Position numbers and translations under genes: made by a program. The notes under the pieces are model-generated. The model had not been told where the DNA came from and searched no databases. It was given only the letters and a program-made list of their open reading frames with translations. DNA of 64,000 nucleotides from Tubiluchus corallicola (Eukaryota; Animalia; Priapulida). The stretch spans positions 199,266-263,265 of the forward strand of contig JAQGDQ010000157.1 in assembly GCA_030141605.1 (NCBI GenBank), given 5' to 3'. Shown here piece after piece: positions 30,432 to 43,285 of the stretch (positions within the stretch are counted from its first letter, which is position 1; the number at the start of each line of letters is the position of its first letter).

Positions 30432-31035
30432 TTAAGCATTGTTAATTTACTGGTATGCCTATCTGTATTTATAATAATAATAATAGTTAGTGCATTAGAC
30501 CTATTATTAGTTTTTTTTGAGTAAAACAACCATCATGTTGATTACATATTTTGTCAAGGGTTAAACGGTAGTGTTGAGTTTATGGGGTTGTAATATTTAC
30601 AATTTTATGTCTTGCTCAAAATAGTCTTTCTACAATTTACGCTTCAGATAGATCATGTTATTAATTGATGTTTATTTTATTCTAAATTTTACACGTAACT
30701 TTGAATCTTACACAGAATTAAAATGAGAAATAAACATTCATTGCATTATAATAATCTGTTCAGGAATTTGTTTCTCTAGTTTTTGTAATCGTTGTGTTTC
30801 TCAAAAGTGTCTCAGCACAGCAAGGCTTGATAGTGATTGGTTACTATATTTAATAAAAATCAGTGATTTTGACTGTACAAGGTTTCTTCTATGCACCGAT
30901 CAGTACATGCACTTTCAATTTAGAATCGCTTTAGACAATTACGTTGCTAAGATAAATGGTAAATCAAAGAAAAATCTGCGGCTCGTAGTACCAGGACATG
31001 TACACAACACTGATACCAGTTATACCCAAGCTTAA

Positions 31036-31375
31036 AGCAAAACCGGATCCAATTTTAAACTGTAGGTCAAAGCAATATACTTTTTAAAATATTGAAAGGA
31101 AATATACTATTTTTTCAAAAATGACTTACGTGAAAGAATTATTACCACACAACACAAGTTCACGTTTCAAGTTCTTCGCTGTTACATGCATTTCGCCATT
31201 AGCTAGTTAGACGGGCACTAGCGTCTGCATTTCGGAAACTCATTGCACAAAAAAGAAGGTGTTGTATCTCTCAGTTCATATGCGTTAGTTTGTGACGAAC
31301 TACACACGTTCGACAGCTCATGCGTGAGCGCAGTGGCAAATTTGAAGTTTGAATTTTTATCTTAAAACTTGCTAG
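31036..31375 (+). mobile_element. Family B element, left part
   Basis: TTAA|AGCAAAACCGGATCCAATTTTAAACTGTAGGTC... Confidence 0.75.
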
Positions 31376-32444
31376 AATTGTGCAATCTGACAATGCTTTT
31401 GACGGCAAATATTGTAAATGACTCTGATGTGTGCTTCAAATTTTTTTAGGTTTTGGACGTCTTTCTTATCTGGTGTGTGTAGCTTTTAATATTTGTTGTT
31501 GTTGTTGCATGTATTTAGTAGAGTTAGTATTTTGCGTGTTTGTGTATGTGTAGTAATTTATCTTTTCTAGTACATGGCAGTTTTACTACTGAAATAAAAT
31601 GTGAATTGAATTGAATTGATATGCGTTGCACGTTGTAACAATAGATAAAAACTGCAGCATTCAAGAAAATACTTGGCGGGTCGAGCAGCAGTTTCTGGAT
31701 CATAACAGAGCGGCTGGCTGCTTTATCCACTGTGCAACAGATGCAGGTGGGTCCACATAATCTGACTTTAACTACGTCAGCGCAACTCACATTCTATAAT
31801 CATTCTCCTTCGTACACATGCAACTGCCTTTTGTAGTTTGCCTTGCCGAATGATGGCGCCACGTCTTTTAAAAACCACAGCAAAATGTTTACAGTGTCTG
31901 TATTGTCATTAACTTTTACTGAACTTATTATTGCACCAGTTGAAGTTTTTCATTTTAAAATAAATTTGGTTTTAGAAAATCACTTGTTTTTTGAATATTG
32001 AAAAGCCAATTTAGAACCTTGAATTTTTGCATCTTTTACGTCGTGGTAAACATCTATTTAAAAATCTAGTTTTGTTATATTTTAGTAAAAAAAATCAATA
32101 CAGATTTTTACCGTTCTAGCCGAGTTATTTGTCCATTACTCAACGCGTGAAAATCTCTGCAGTTGGAAGTGACAGTCTTTGCGTCATAGGCTTATCTATC
32201 ACAGTTATTAATGGAAGTATACTTATATTATCAGCTAAGGCGGACAGTTTAGGCTTAAAAACAGTCAAAGTTTGCTAGAGAACTTCGCCTGTGAGTTGAT
32301 TGCAACACTGATGCACTGTAGTTTGCCCACGTTGCTAGTACGTTACTTGCAAAATTAGGCCTACATTGTTAACTGGTTAAATTCGTGTAAATTTATTAGT
32401 GATATAGGCCAAACGTCATCGTCCCAGTCATTGTTTTCATCGTC

Positions 32445-35400
32445 ATGGAGACGGTAAGTAAAGAAACAAAAATTGTCCATTCTTTGTCTGCATTTAAATG
32501 TGTTTTTTAATTAAGCTGAGTTACCAACTTGAGTAGCCTCAGTCAGCTGTGAATAAATTTTTAGATCAAAGCAACGTTGTGTTAGAAACGTAGAACAGGC
32601 AAACATCTTTATACCACCCACTTTGCGACTGCAAAAAAGTTAGCGTTAAGCGAGTTTAGCATTATAACGAGGGACATTAATACATATGTGTCTATCATTA
32701 TGGACAATTTGTTTTGCGCGCATTAAAGGAAAGAACAAGTCACTCAGTATGTTGGGCTTATTATACTATTATCACTTAAACATAGAAAAATATAACAAAA
32801 AAAATTGCAAAAAATACCTATAATGCATAAATTTAAAACATACCACCTCTCAGAAACAGAAATTTTCAGGTGTGGTGGTTGCCACCATTTAATTGAAATT
32901 TATGATGTAACTGGATGATTTTCGTGACTTTTCGTCGCGTCGTGGCTTTCCGTGAACGCGCGCTGCTTAAACTAATTAAAACTTCTGCAGCTACCTAGTG
33001 TTCACGCAAAAATATTACAAAATTAGCTACCTAGTTTTTCTGTAAAAACTTGTTATACTTTTGACGAAAATTGACGAGACTACCTTTCTTCAAGTCGAAT
33101 TGCGTCATTGGTGGAAGAATGGGCATTGAAATTGGGAGCGCCCAAACGTGAAGTGATCACGACTTTAAAGTGATTCTGCTAATTACACGAGGCGCTTATT
33201 GTAGTTTTATTACTAAATCCTTCTAACATTTTTCTCAAACATTCGAATAAGCTCAACTTCCCAGAAGACTTAACCTGTCCTGTAAGCGAGGTTCCTGTAA
33301 GTGTCGTTAAGGGGCGTTGTAACGAAGTTTGACTGTAGCTAGATGATTTAGTGGCCTCGTGAACTTTATACAATAGAACACAGTAATGAAACGAGTAAAA
33401 TATTTTAAAATTTGTGGTGTAATAATAATAATACATTATAAATAATACATAATGTATTCTGCATTGTTTCACTCTTGTACATCTGCAAGACGGCGCCATA
33501 TTGCACTTAAGCGTTTTTCTTGTATTTGCTGTACGTACTTAGCTTTGTAAAGAGAAATAACCAACTACATGACTGACTGATTGACTAACCGACTAACTGA
33601 CTGCATATGACTGACTGACCGACTGACTGGCTGGTTGAATCACTGAGTGGCTCACACACTGGTTACGAGTGTCAGAGATTATTGCAGATCCCTAAATTGG
33701 TTTAACTTGCTATGCGGTTTTTGTAGCAGCAAATTATTATTTTTCTAGCAAACAAACGGACCAGCAGCTATAGACGATCCAGCGCACAGTCACTTTACAG
33801 CTGGGACGTGGGCGACGCTCTGCAACGCGTACATTAGTAAGTGATATAATTGAGTTATTTGAGTAATCACAATTCATCTCGTCTTGTCTCGTCCTATCTC
33901 AGTTCATCGCATCTCGTCTCGCTCTGCCTCATTTCACCTCACCTCGTTTCATTTCATCTCATCTCATCTCATCTCATCTCATCTCATCTCATCTCATCTC
34001 ATCTCATCTTACTTCATCTCACCTCACCTCACCGTACTTTACATCCTCACATCTCACTCTACTTCATCTCATCTCATCTCACTTCATTTTATCTCGTCTC
34101 ACCTCACTCCTCTTACTTCATCTCATCTCGCCTCGTCTCACCTCACCTCATTTCATCGTAAATCAGGGGAAGAAAAAGAAATGTTAAACTATGTCCCAAA
34201 AAATTTTCCATGCAAAGTTGTATTACTTAGCATTTCGCTTACTTGCTTAAAAGACTTATGTAAGTAGAAAAGAAAATGAGGGAATAATTATTTAAAATCT
34301 TTTCACCAATTGGCAAAATGTCATTGACTCACCTCCAGGGTGCACCACTCACTAACCAAAAGACGCATTGTTAATCTTATTGACAAGATGCAGTAATTTA
34401 AAATTTTATTTTAATTTGTGACGTGTGCTCCACGAATGCTTTAATTATTTTTTCAAACTTTACTCAGTGTTATCTGAACTTGTTTCGAATGACTTATCGT
34501 CAAAATGGCTGCGTCTAATAGTCATCGCGGGAGTTTAAATTTAGAGGTTTTATACAGCGTTACTGCCGACGTAAGCCCTGCATGTAAAAAGGCAGTATGA
34601 AAGGGGTATAAAATTTCAAGACTAATTTTTAAGCTCTATGCAATTGGAAGGTTTTCTTGTTTAACTACGAATGCTCTGATTATTTTTTCAAACTTCACGC
34701 AATGTTATCTAAACTTGTTTCAAACGACCTACCATTAAAATGGCTGCGTCTAATGGTCATTACGGAAGTTTAAATTTACATGTTTTATACAACATTACTG
34801 CCGACACAAACTCTGTATGCAAAAAGGCAGTGTGTAAGTGATGTAAATTTCAAGACGAACGTTTAAGCTTTATGTAAGTGGAGTGTTTCTTGTGCTTTAA
34901 AGCTATGATCAAACTTACAATGTTGTAACAAGTTTTTCTTTTCTAGCAGTGATGTAGAGGCAATAATTGTGTCATAAGCTAGAGAATTCCAAATACCTAC
35001 GATTCGGTTACAAAAAGAAAATTTACAAATATTCAGTCTACAGTAGTTTACATATAATTTGAAGTTATGTCCAAAGTGGGGTCAAAAACGTCATCAAAGA
35101 TTAACCCTATACGATCATTGGTCATTGCAAATTTTATAAACCAGTTTTAAGTCAGAAATTAACTTTCTTATTTCTAGTGGCTGTCACTTAAAGAATTTGT
35201 AATATATGAAAGTATTCTGTATAGTTAATATTACACCTTCTACATGAACGTCTCGTAAATTATTTTTGAATATTTTCATTGCAGTCAATCACATTGCTGT
35301 AAAGGAATGACTGGTCGCCATTGTTTAGCATTTACAAACACTGGGCTAAAATGACTAATTTTGCACTTATCTGTCAATCAGCACTCTATCAGTTTTGATG

Positions 35401-38400
35401 TATGCCTAATAATAGGGATAGTGACATAAAAAATCACAAGAAATGGACTTTATTAAGTTTATTTTTCTTTACACTACCATTTGACCACGACTAGATGACA
35501 CAGGTACGACTTTTGTTTGCTTATGTAAAGTTATACAGTCAGAGTTGTTGGTGTAGCACGCGTACTTTTATGCAATTGTCTCACACACTGAGATTTGCAT
35601 TTCTTAAATTTTATCAACACCGTCTGGAACGTTATTACCTTTCTGTGTGTTTTAAGTAAACTGTTTCAACAAAGTGTGAATCTTGCAGAATTTTCTTCAT
35701 CTGATGACCCTGAACTCTATGAGAAAATGACCAAACATCCTCAACTGGCTGAATTTCGCTTGCGAAGAAAATACACGGCGTACATGAGAGAAATGAAAAG
35801 ACTTGAACAGTTAAAAGAAAATGTATGTAAGTTCGTCCAATGTTAGTAACATATCAGACCTTGCAATTATTAAAACATTATTATTATTATTAATTATTAA
35901 AACATATATCTATTAATTGAAATCAATCAAGTAGGCATGTTTTGCTCTTTGAAAAGTATTGTAAATTTATTCTGTAAACTGTTGTGTATTTATCAGCGTT
36001 TTGGTGATTGACTGACTAACTAACTGACCGACTGGCTTTCTGATTGACTGACTGATCGACTAATTGAGTGATAGGATGACTGACTGACTACTTGATTGAT
36101 TGACTAATGAACCAACCAATTGGTTAAATGATCCGAATTGATTGATTGATGGACCTATTAATTGACTGATTCGTTTGTTAACTGGGTGTCTTTTTAGCTG
36201 TTTGTCTATCTGATTGACTGACTGACTGACTCACTCACTCACTCACTCACTGAGTTAATTTGGCAAGTTTTCCAAACTGTCGGTAGTCCGATTTGGCTAT
36301 TACCGTACACATTGTAAGTTTTATATTCACGTGGCGCCATCTTCGTTTTAAAGTTCCTAATTTCGTGTTGTTGATAAGTGCTTCTGCCTTTCACAGAATA
36401 AAGTAAATTTATTTTCGTAGAATAACGTTGGATAACGTTTATCTGTTGTAGATCACTCGGTTGTGAGTTCAAATACCACAAACAACGACTTTTTTACGTT
36501 TACTGCTTCATCACAGCTAAAAGAATATTTCGGAAAATGATCAAGGTCGACTGACCGATACAATGAAACCTTAATTTGGCTCACTCAGTAGCTCTTTCTT
36601 AATTGAATTAGCTGATCTTAATGATTTATCGTTTATCGTTTTAGTACGAAAACTTGTCGTTAAAGATTCAAGAAACCAAGACAGAGCGAGACGCAGCCAG
36701 AGACAGGAGTAAAATTTGCAATCAACCGAATGCAAAGAAAATTTACGAAAATTTAAGACAAGAAGTTGCGGTAAAACTAAGATTTATTAGATATCGATAC
36801 GTTTTTATTTTTAATTTAAGTAAAAATATTGACTTTCTTATGGTTTTATAATCAAGTGTGTACTATTAAACAATACAGAATCAGTGAAAGCTATTTATCA
36901 ATCATTGTTGATTTTCATTTTTACTGTCGCCGGTAGATGGTGCTCAGAAGTTAAGTTGTGTTTAAAGTTGCGATGGGCTGAATGTGTGCTACTTTTTCCC
37001 CGATTCCTATTGGACTTATATAAGTACAATAGGCGCCGCTTAATACACTGGCTTTGGGATGGACGTGGTCTGACCCAATTAACCGACTGATTCAATTAGC
37101 TGACGGGCGTAGCCTATTACTACTGTACAAGTACGAGCCATTATTCTTCAGCTTAGTAGCTATGCACTTCAGAAACGAATTAATGTCAAAGTTCCTATGT
37201 GCAATTCTTTAAGAACACTGATTTATATAAGTGAATTAATAAAAAAAGAAAAGAAAAAAATCGGCACAAATCTTATTATTACTACTAAAAGTTACAAAAA
37301 TTCGTGCAAGCTTTGTTGCTGCATTTCCTCACGAAGAAGTTGGTTCATGAAATTCTCGTATTGATAAAGACGTTGAAAATCTGTTGCTGTATACTGTACA
37401 TGTTCACTCAAATCACCTAGTAACTTAGTGCTTGAGCTGCAGTTGATGAGTTTGTCTGAAATGTACTATGTGCCCTGTGTATTCGGCAAAAAATGTTTAT
37501 AAGTTTTTTCTCGTTCTATACTTTGCTTATTCACATGTAAGCCTATACGTCTGATCATCACATTAAAAGAACAGTCAATTTTAAAGTATGTCACAAAAAG
37601 CGTTCCGCACAAACCTATATTACTTAGCATTACGCTTATCTGTTTGAAAGACTTACGTAACTAGAAAAAAATTCTTGGTGATTTAAAACGTTCATTGGAA
37701 AATTTGGTACTGTGAAAATATTTTTACAATGCTATGAAATGAAATAAGATGCAAGGATCTATGTGTAGGAGTTTCATTTCTTTTGTTTTTTGGGGTGTAA
37801 TCAGGTATTTAGCCAACTTTAGTAGCTAGCTATTTCCTAGTGTTCTTTTTATTTTTGCAAATTTGTATGATTTATTTATCGATTATATTGTTCAGGAGAT
37901 GGAAGCCGAGTTGAAGGGTCTAGCTGAACTCATTGAAGTTGGTGAAGCCAAAAGAGCCAAAGTTCGACAGTTTCTTGAGCACGAGCAAATTCAGTACGAA
38001 AAGCTTCCAGAAGCTTTGCAGAATTCCAAAATCAAGTGGGACGATAATAATAATAAGGTACTTATTGAAAATTAGTCACTCATATATAGCGGTCGTGCTT
38101 CTAATATACTAATGGACACCAGACACATAATTTCATGGAAAGCAAAATTCCATTACCAGCAAAACTGGCAGTGTTTTGGAGGTTACTTAATTTGAATCAA
38201 TACTTTTTAAGTGTTTTTTGTGACTGGTAGCCCAAGAACAAGTTAAAACTTGCATTTTCAGTCAAACAAATTTGCTCCATAATAATTTCAGAAGTTTCTT
38301 TTATCGTACATTTTATTATAAGTTTTTTATTCTGTACACGTATTCACATTTTATCATTTTTCCTGTAGCCCTCCACCGGTTTCAGAAGGCACCACGTTAT

Positions 38401-39282
38401 GTAGATAGATTTTCTGTGGTGACAATTAGCCTCGTTTGGGAGCAGTTTGTATCAAATAAATAAAAAAGGCATATTGGTCTATTATTCGGGAAATCATGTG
38501 GCGCCGCCCATTGACGAGATTCTGAAAATAACGACAAAATACATGAAACTAGAGCCACTTTTAACATGTCTCATAAATAATAGACGCTTACAATAGTTTA
38601 ATCTTCTTTACACTGAAGGTAGAACTTCAGGCTGCTCCCCAGGAAAATTCCCTTGCAAAACCAAAACCTCGGGAAAGGGATGATGTTAGTCGCAAAGCTG
38701 TGAGGGCGTTCATTGAGGTAAGACTGAATGAATGAGAACTCAGTAGGACTTCTCTATCTGTATCTTGAGGCTCACTTACATTCTCAGGTTTTGGCGACAG
38801 CATCAACGTTTCTAACTAAGAGGTCGGAACAATCAGTGCAAAGTATCTATAAACTACTATTGGTAAATCAAACTTTTAAATTTATGCAATAATTTTCTCA
38901 TATATTTTAAGTGTTTCACGCAGCTCTGTTATTTTTTTTCAATAATCATTTTCAGGATAATATTTTCTCTCTAAATTTTTTCTCTAAAAGATAATTTTCG
39001 TATAATATATACAGCCGTATTTTGTGGTCTGATTTATACAGAAATCAAGTGATGCGAGTGTTTTTAAATGGCTAAAAAGTTCATCAAAATCAACATGATA
39101 CGTAACTGCAAGTTCATTATTTTTTTTCAAAGCGTGGGCCAACTGATGGAATTCGTATTTTTTCAAATTTGTTAATGTCACTGAGTGGGTCCTATTATTT
39201 TAATTATAAAAACTTTATCAACGATAACTTTATTGTTTGTTTTCAGGCTTACGAGAAAAAGGCAGCCGCCAGAAAGGAGTAG
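32445..39282 (+). CDS. Uncharacterised 217-aa predicted coiled-coil protein
   Basis: Exons 32445-32453, 33749-33836, 35689-35822, 36645-36770, 37896-38057, 38619-38717, 39247-39282 have GT-AG boundaries and compatible phases, total 654 nt ATG to TAG; ATTAAA follows at ~39335. E/K/R/L-rich helical sequence. First two exons are less certain. Confidence 0.78.
32727..33281 (+). mobile_element. Family A TTAA element
   Basis: TTAA|AGGAAAGAACAAGTCACTCAG...; degenerate right end CTTAACCTGTCCT|GTAA. Confidence 0.75.
33873..34157. repeat. (CATCT)n pentanucleotide repeat
   Basis: Directly visible. Confidence 0.95.
34165..34896 (+). mobile_element. Family C element with ~240-bp internal duplication
   Basis: AGGGGAAGAAA ... 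GAGTGTTTCTTGTGCT|TTAA; ACGAATGCT...AAAATGGCTGCGTCTAAT block occurs twice (~34432, ~34667). Confidence 0.75.
36005..36255. repeat. Degenerate (CTGA/TTGA)n-(CTCA)n tetranucleotide repeat
   Basis: Directly visible; similar tract at 33570-33630. Confidence 0.85.
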
Positions 39283-40304
39283 AAAAGATCGTTGTTTTCA
39301 ACGACTCTAACAAGCTATCACTCAAAATATCTTTATTAAATGTTTATTAAAAGGTTATAATGCGTTTTCTGGTCAGTTATTTAGGTATGCCAGGTTATGT
39401 TCAAGGAGGGGTTTTTGTTTAGGGCAGCTAGGCTGTATAAACTTATGTCAAATAGGGTTACTCTGCGACGAGTTTTCTTCAATCTTGTGAAAATGTTTTT
39501 TAAAAATCATCGTTTTCTTTTATTTAAGTTTGTTTGGTATTCAGTTAAAGAAGTGGCTGTTGCCTTGATGTGATTTTCGTGATGAGATACTTGTCTAGCC
39601 TTTGTGGTCATGTTGTAGGAGCCCCTTCTCTTTTTTTGTCGTTGTTGCAGTTGGTTTACGTTGATGTTTTGTGTGTGCTTTGTATTATGTGTTATGTCTG
39701 TAGTTATCACTTTCACATTAACGTTGGGCCGTCAATGTGACTGGGTCTCCGCCTGGAGAGTTTGAAGATAGTGAGTAGGGACCGAAACTGAATTTTTTCC
39801 GGTGACTCCGATGATCCTTTTCCTTTGGTGGTAATTTTGTATGTGTGCACCGTTGTAGATTGCATGATTTGCAGTTGTTTGTGTGTAGTGTTGATGTCAT
39901 TTGAATTTAGTTACAGTGCAGATATAAAGTTCTACACTTCATTTTGCGTTATTTCTAATCTAGCCTATTTGGATAAAGCATTGAGATATGTTTTATGCTT
40001 AAATAATTATTGCGTGCTTGTAATTGCCACCACAGAAGTTTGTGTTCATACAGAGAGAAAAATATTAAAACTAATAAAAAATTTTATTTCTTGGTTTTTA
40101 AACGCTTTTTTTCAATTATATTCTAGAACTCATTGTACTTTTTGAGATTTTCAGTATTATGTAATGCACATACAGCAAAAAGTTTTCTGTTTTTCATGAA
40201 CGTTTCATAAAATAGGCCTACTTAAAAAAGTAGAAATGTCCACTTGCTTGGCTGATTTTTTATGATATGCCTAGATTTAACTAATTTAGACAATAAAAAA
40301 TGCA

Positions 40305-40919
40305 TAAGTAACAGGATTACTTTTTATACTCTACCCCCATATTAATGTACGGAAAACAGTACACATTTTAAGACCTATAATAATGCCAAAGCGTTTCTGG
40401 TAATTAAATAGTTACTGTAGGCTAAAAACTTAATTAATGGCGGATGAGCCCAACTATTGATGACATCATAAACTAACGTAATTTTCAACAGCAAAATATT
40501 CGATGACGCACGTTTTTGCTAATGCGAAAATTGAAGTGCAGCGCTATTGTAAGATATTCAATGTGTTGTGCTAAAACTAGGTAAGTTTTAAGATAAAAAT
40601 TCAAATTAACCGCTGCACTCACGCATGAGCTGACGAACGTGTGTAGTTCATCACAAACTAACGCATTTGATTTGAGAGGTACAGCACTTGTTTATTGTGC
40701 AACGTATTTCCGAAATGCAGGCACTAGTGCTCGTCTAACTAGACAATGGCGAAATGCATGTAACAGCAAAGAACTAGTGGCGTGAACGTGAAATTGTGTT
40801 TGTGTGGTACTAATTCTTTCACGTAAATAACTTTTGAAAAAAAATAATAGTATGTTTCTTTTCTATATTTTAAAGAGTAGATTATTTTGAGCTAGTTTAA
40901 GGTGCCGTCCGGTTTTGCT
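40305..40919 (-). mobile_element. Family B element, reverse orientation
   Basis: Ends CCGGTTTTGCT|TTAA; body is the reverse complement of 60653-61256. Confidence 0.78.
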
Positions 40920-41789
40920 TTAATTAATCAATTTTGAATAACCAAAAGTGCAACATTTTATGTATTATTAATTCATTGTTAATAATTAGTACTACAAAAT
41001 GCGTCTGAATTCTGCATAATATGCCAATAGAGCATAGTAATGGCGTCTTTCATTTTATTGTTATCAGCCTGATTACCGGTCGAAAGTTCTACTGCAGTAG
41101 CAAAATCTCTGCAGCGATTAGATTAGTCCAGAACGCTGTCAGATTAGGATTAACTCTAATGTTATTACCGGTCATAAGTTACGGCTTAACTAGGCAACAT
41201 GTTTACGCAACATGTGGCGCGCATATGTACACAAGGCGACACGTTACACAATCGGGCACTTTCTCTGCCCACTTTATTTGCTAATTGGTGACACCAACTT
41301 CAGGTAAGACAAAAGAGGGTAGCAAACAGGATTAGGGGATGTCGTAAATCGCGGTAAACAACAGATATGGCTAATAATGCAGCCCGGCGGAGGAGAGACA
41401 CCATTGTGCTGGCGTGAGAGGACGGGGGAAATAGTTGAGGGTGATCAGAGAGCAAATGAGGCGCGAAATGAGAAAACGGGGGAAAACAGAAGAAAAGTAA
41501 AAGCTCGAGTGAAACTCAGGGATGGTTTCCGATGGGAAAATGTGACGCAGAGTGCTTGAGTAGTAACTCCAAGGCGTGGAAATTATGCTCTGTATGTTTT
41601 CCCTTACCATCTTAGAACCAGAAACACGATTGGTATTTTTGCGTCTGTATTCCTGAGTGAGAAATGATTCGGACAGAAGAATTTGCTATGCATGATGATT
41701 AATCAAAAATCTTCCCACGAAGAGGATGCTGAAGATTTAGAATATGTTCACGCAATATAGAGAAAAACAGATAATTAAAAAGGAATAAA

Positions 41790-42082
41790 TTTATAGTTAA
41801 AACACCACAACTTTATTAAAACTTTTAATTTACATAGTTAAACGTTTCGACAGATCTACTGCTGTCATCATCAGTGGTAAATTTCTACCAACATACAACC
41901 ATATTATATAGGCAGAGCCTACAGTATAGAACATCATGCACTAAACTGGTTGAATGTTTGTAAAAATTTACCACTCATGATGACAGCAGTAGATCTGTCG
42001 AAATTTTGACATGTTTTTTTAACTATATAAATTAAAAGTTTAATTGCTGTTTTTAAGTGCTTGCAATGAAAAAATTGACTTT
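41790..42082. mobile_element. Palindromic Penelope-like insertion (family D), copy 2
   Basis: Inverted arms similar to 12353-12653; GAATAAA on both flanks. Confidence 0.65.
41841..41880 (-). ncRNA. Minimal hammerhead-ribozyme-like motif
   Basis: Minus strand: TTACCA CTGATGA T GACAG cagtagat CTGTC GAAA CGTT; conserved core boxes, 5-bp stem II, palindromic ACGT in place of stem III; stem I weak. Confidence 0.5.
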
Positions 42083-43009
42083 GAATAAAAATAAAAATTA
42101 ATGAAGATTGGCTTGAAAAATCAAACAGACATATGCTTCGTATATGCAACGCTGCGTTGCTATACGCTATAAAATATTGGCGAATTACAAGGTTTATATT
42201 AAATCATTTAAGTGAAAAACAATAATTACACAGCCCAGTTATAAATTTGATTCTAAAAAATCAAATAGACTTATTTTGGTATTCATATGTACAGTAAAAT
42301 AATACTGTATGTACTTAGTGACTTTTTGGAGATTTCTCTACTTTACAGTAACAATAAAAATTATGAAATCGTAACGTTACCAATTTCACAGTAGTACTTT
42401 ACCATAAGTTTTGATTATAGGATAATTCTCCACATAAGTCTTACATGTACGGTTTTTATAATAATATATATATATATAACAAAAAATATTTTATACGCAG
42501 TTCGATTCGCAGTAATTTTCAGAATTTTTTGTCAAAGTACTACGATTTTGTGCTTTTGTGAATAAATGTGGCGAAATACCAATAATTATGAACCTAACGA
42601 GCAAATGAACAAATCGGTGAAAAATAACAGTGAATTAATGAAGCAAAAAAATTCACATGAGAAAGGAAAAGGTCAAATGTTAATATTAATGCGCATAAAC
42701 AACAAAAAAAGAAAGAGATCTAGAATTAATTAGTTGATAAACAGCCTATATTTATTTAGGATTATGATTATTTACCAGTATCTGCATATAATTGCAATTC
42801 TATGTCACTCTAAAAACATTAAAATATTTATGAAGTTTGTGAACTTCTGATTTGCAAAATTCACAAATTACGAAACGCTATTAAAATTTGCAATTACATT
42901 CATCTATACCCAATATAAACAAAATTAAATTTTTAATAGCCCAATAATCAGAATAATGTCTTACCATTTTGGGCCAAGAATGCTTTGTGTACCGTCTTCA
43001 ACCTTTCCA

Positions 43010-43285
43010 ATTCGCAGCCAATCAGATAGAGCTAGAACTTTTAATTACTCCACAACCACGCCCACTTCACCTGTGATTGGCTGAGCCACACACTTACTGC
43101 GGCGAGATCAAAGCGTGACCAGTCCTTAGAAAAACAACACTTGTCTCGGAGAAGTTTGTCATTTATTCTCGAAGTAGTTTTGAGAAGTAGCAGTTATTCT
43201 CGTGCAGGTGACAGGTAACATACTGTACGCGGGAGTAGAAGCAATTTAATTCGAATTTCTGTGTGAAAAACTTCACCCAGCTCCA
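43010..43285 (+). promoter_or_regulatory. Brachyury proximal promoter/5' UTR
   Basis: AGCCAATCAG 43016-43025, CCACGCCC 43056-43063, TGATTGGCT 43074-43082 and TCF/LEF consensus AGATCAAAG 43105-43113, clustered within 270 bp of the ATG. Confidence 0.6.

Noticed and set aside
33850-34267. HLISS-repeat ORFs
   Set aside because: Translations of (CATCT)n.
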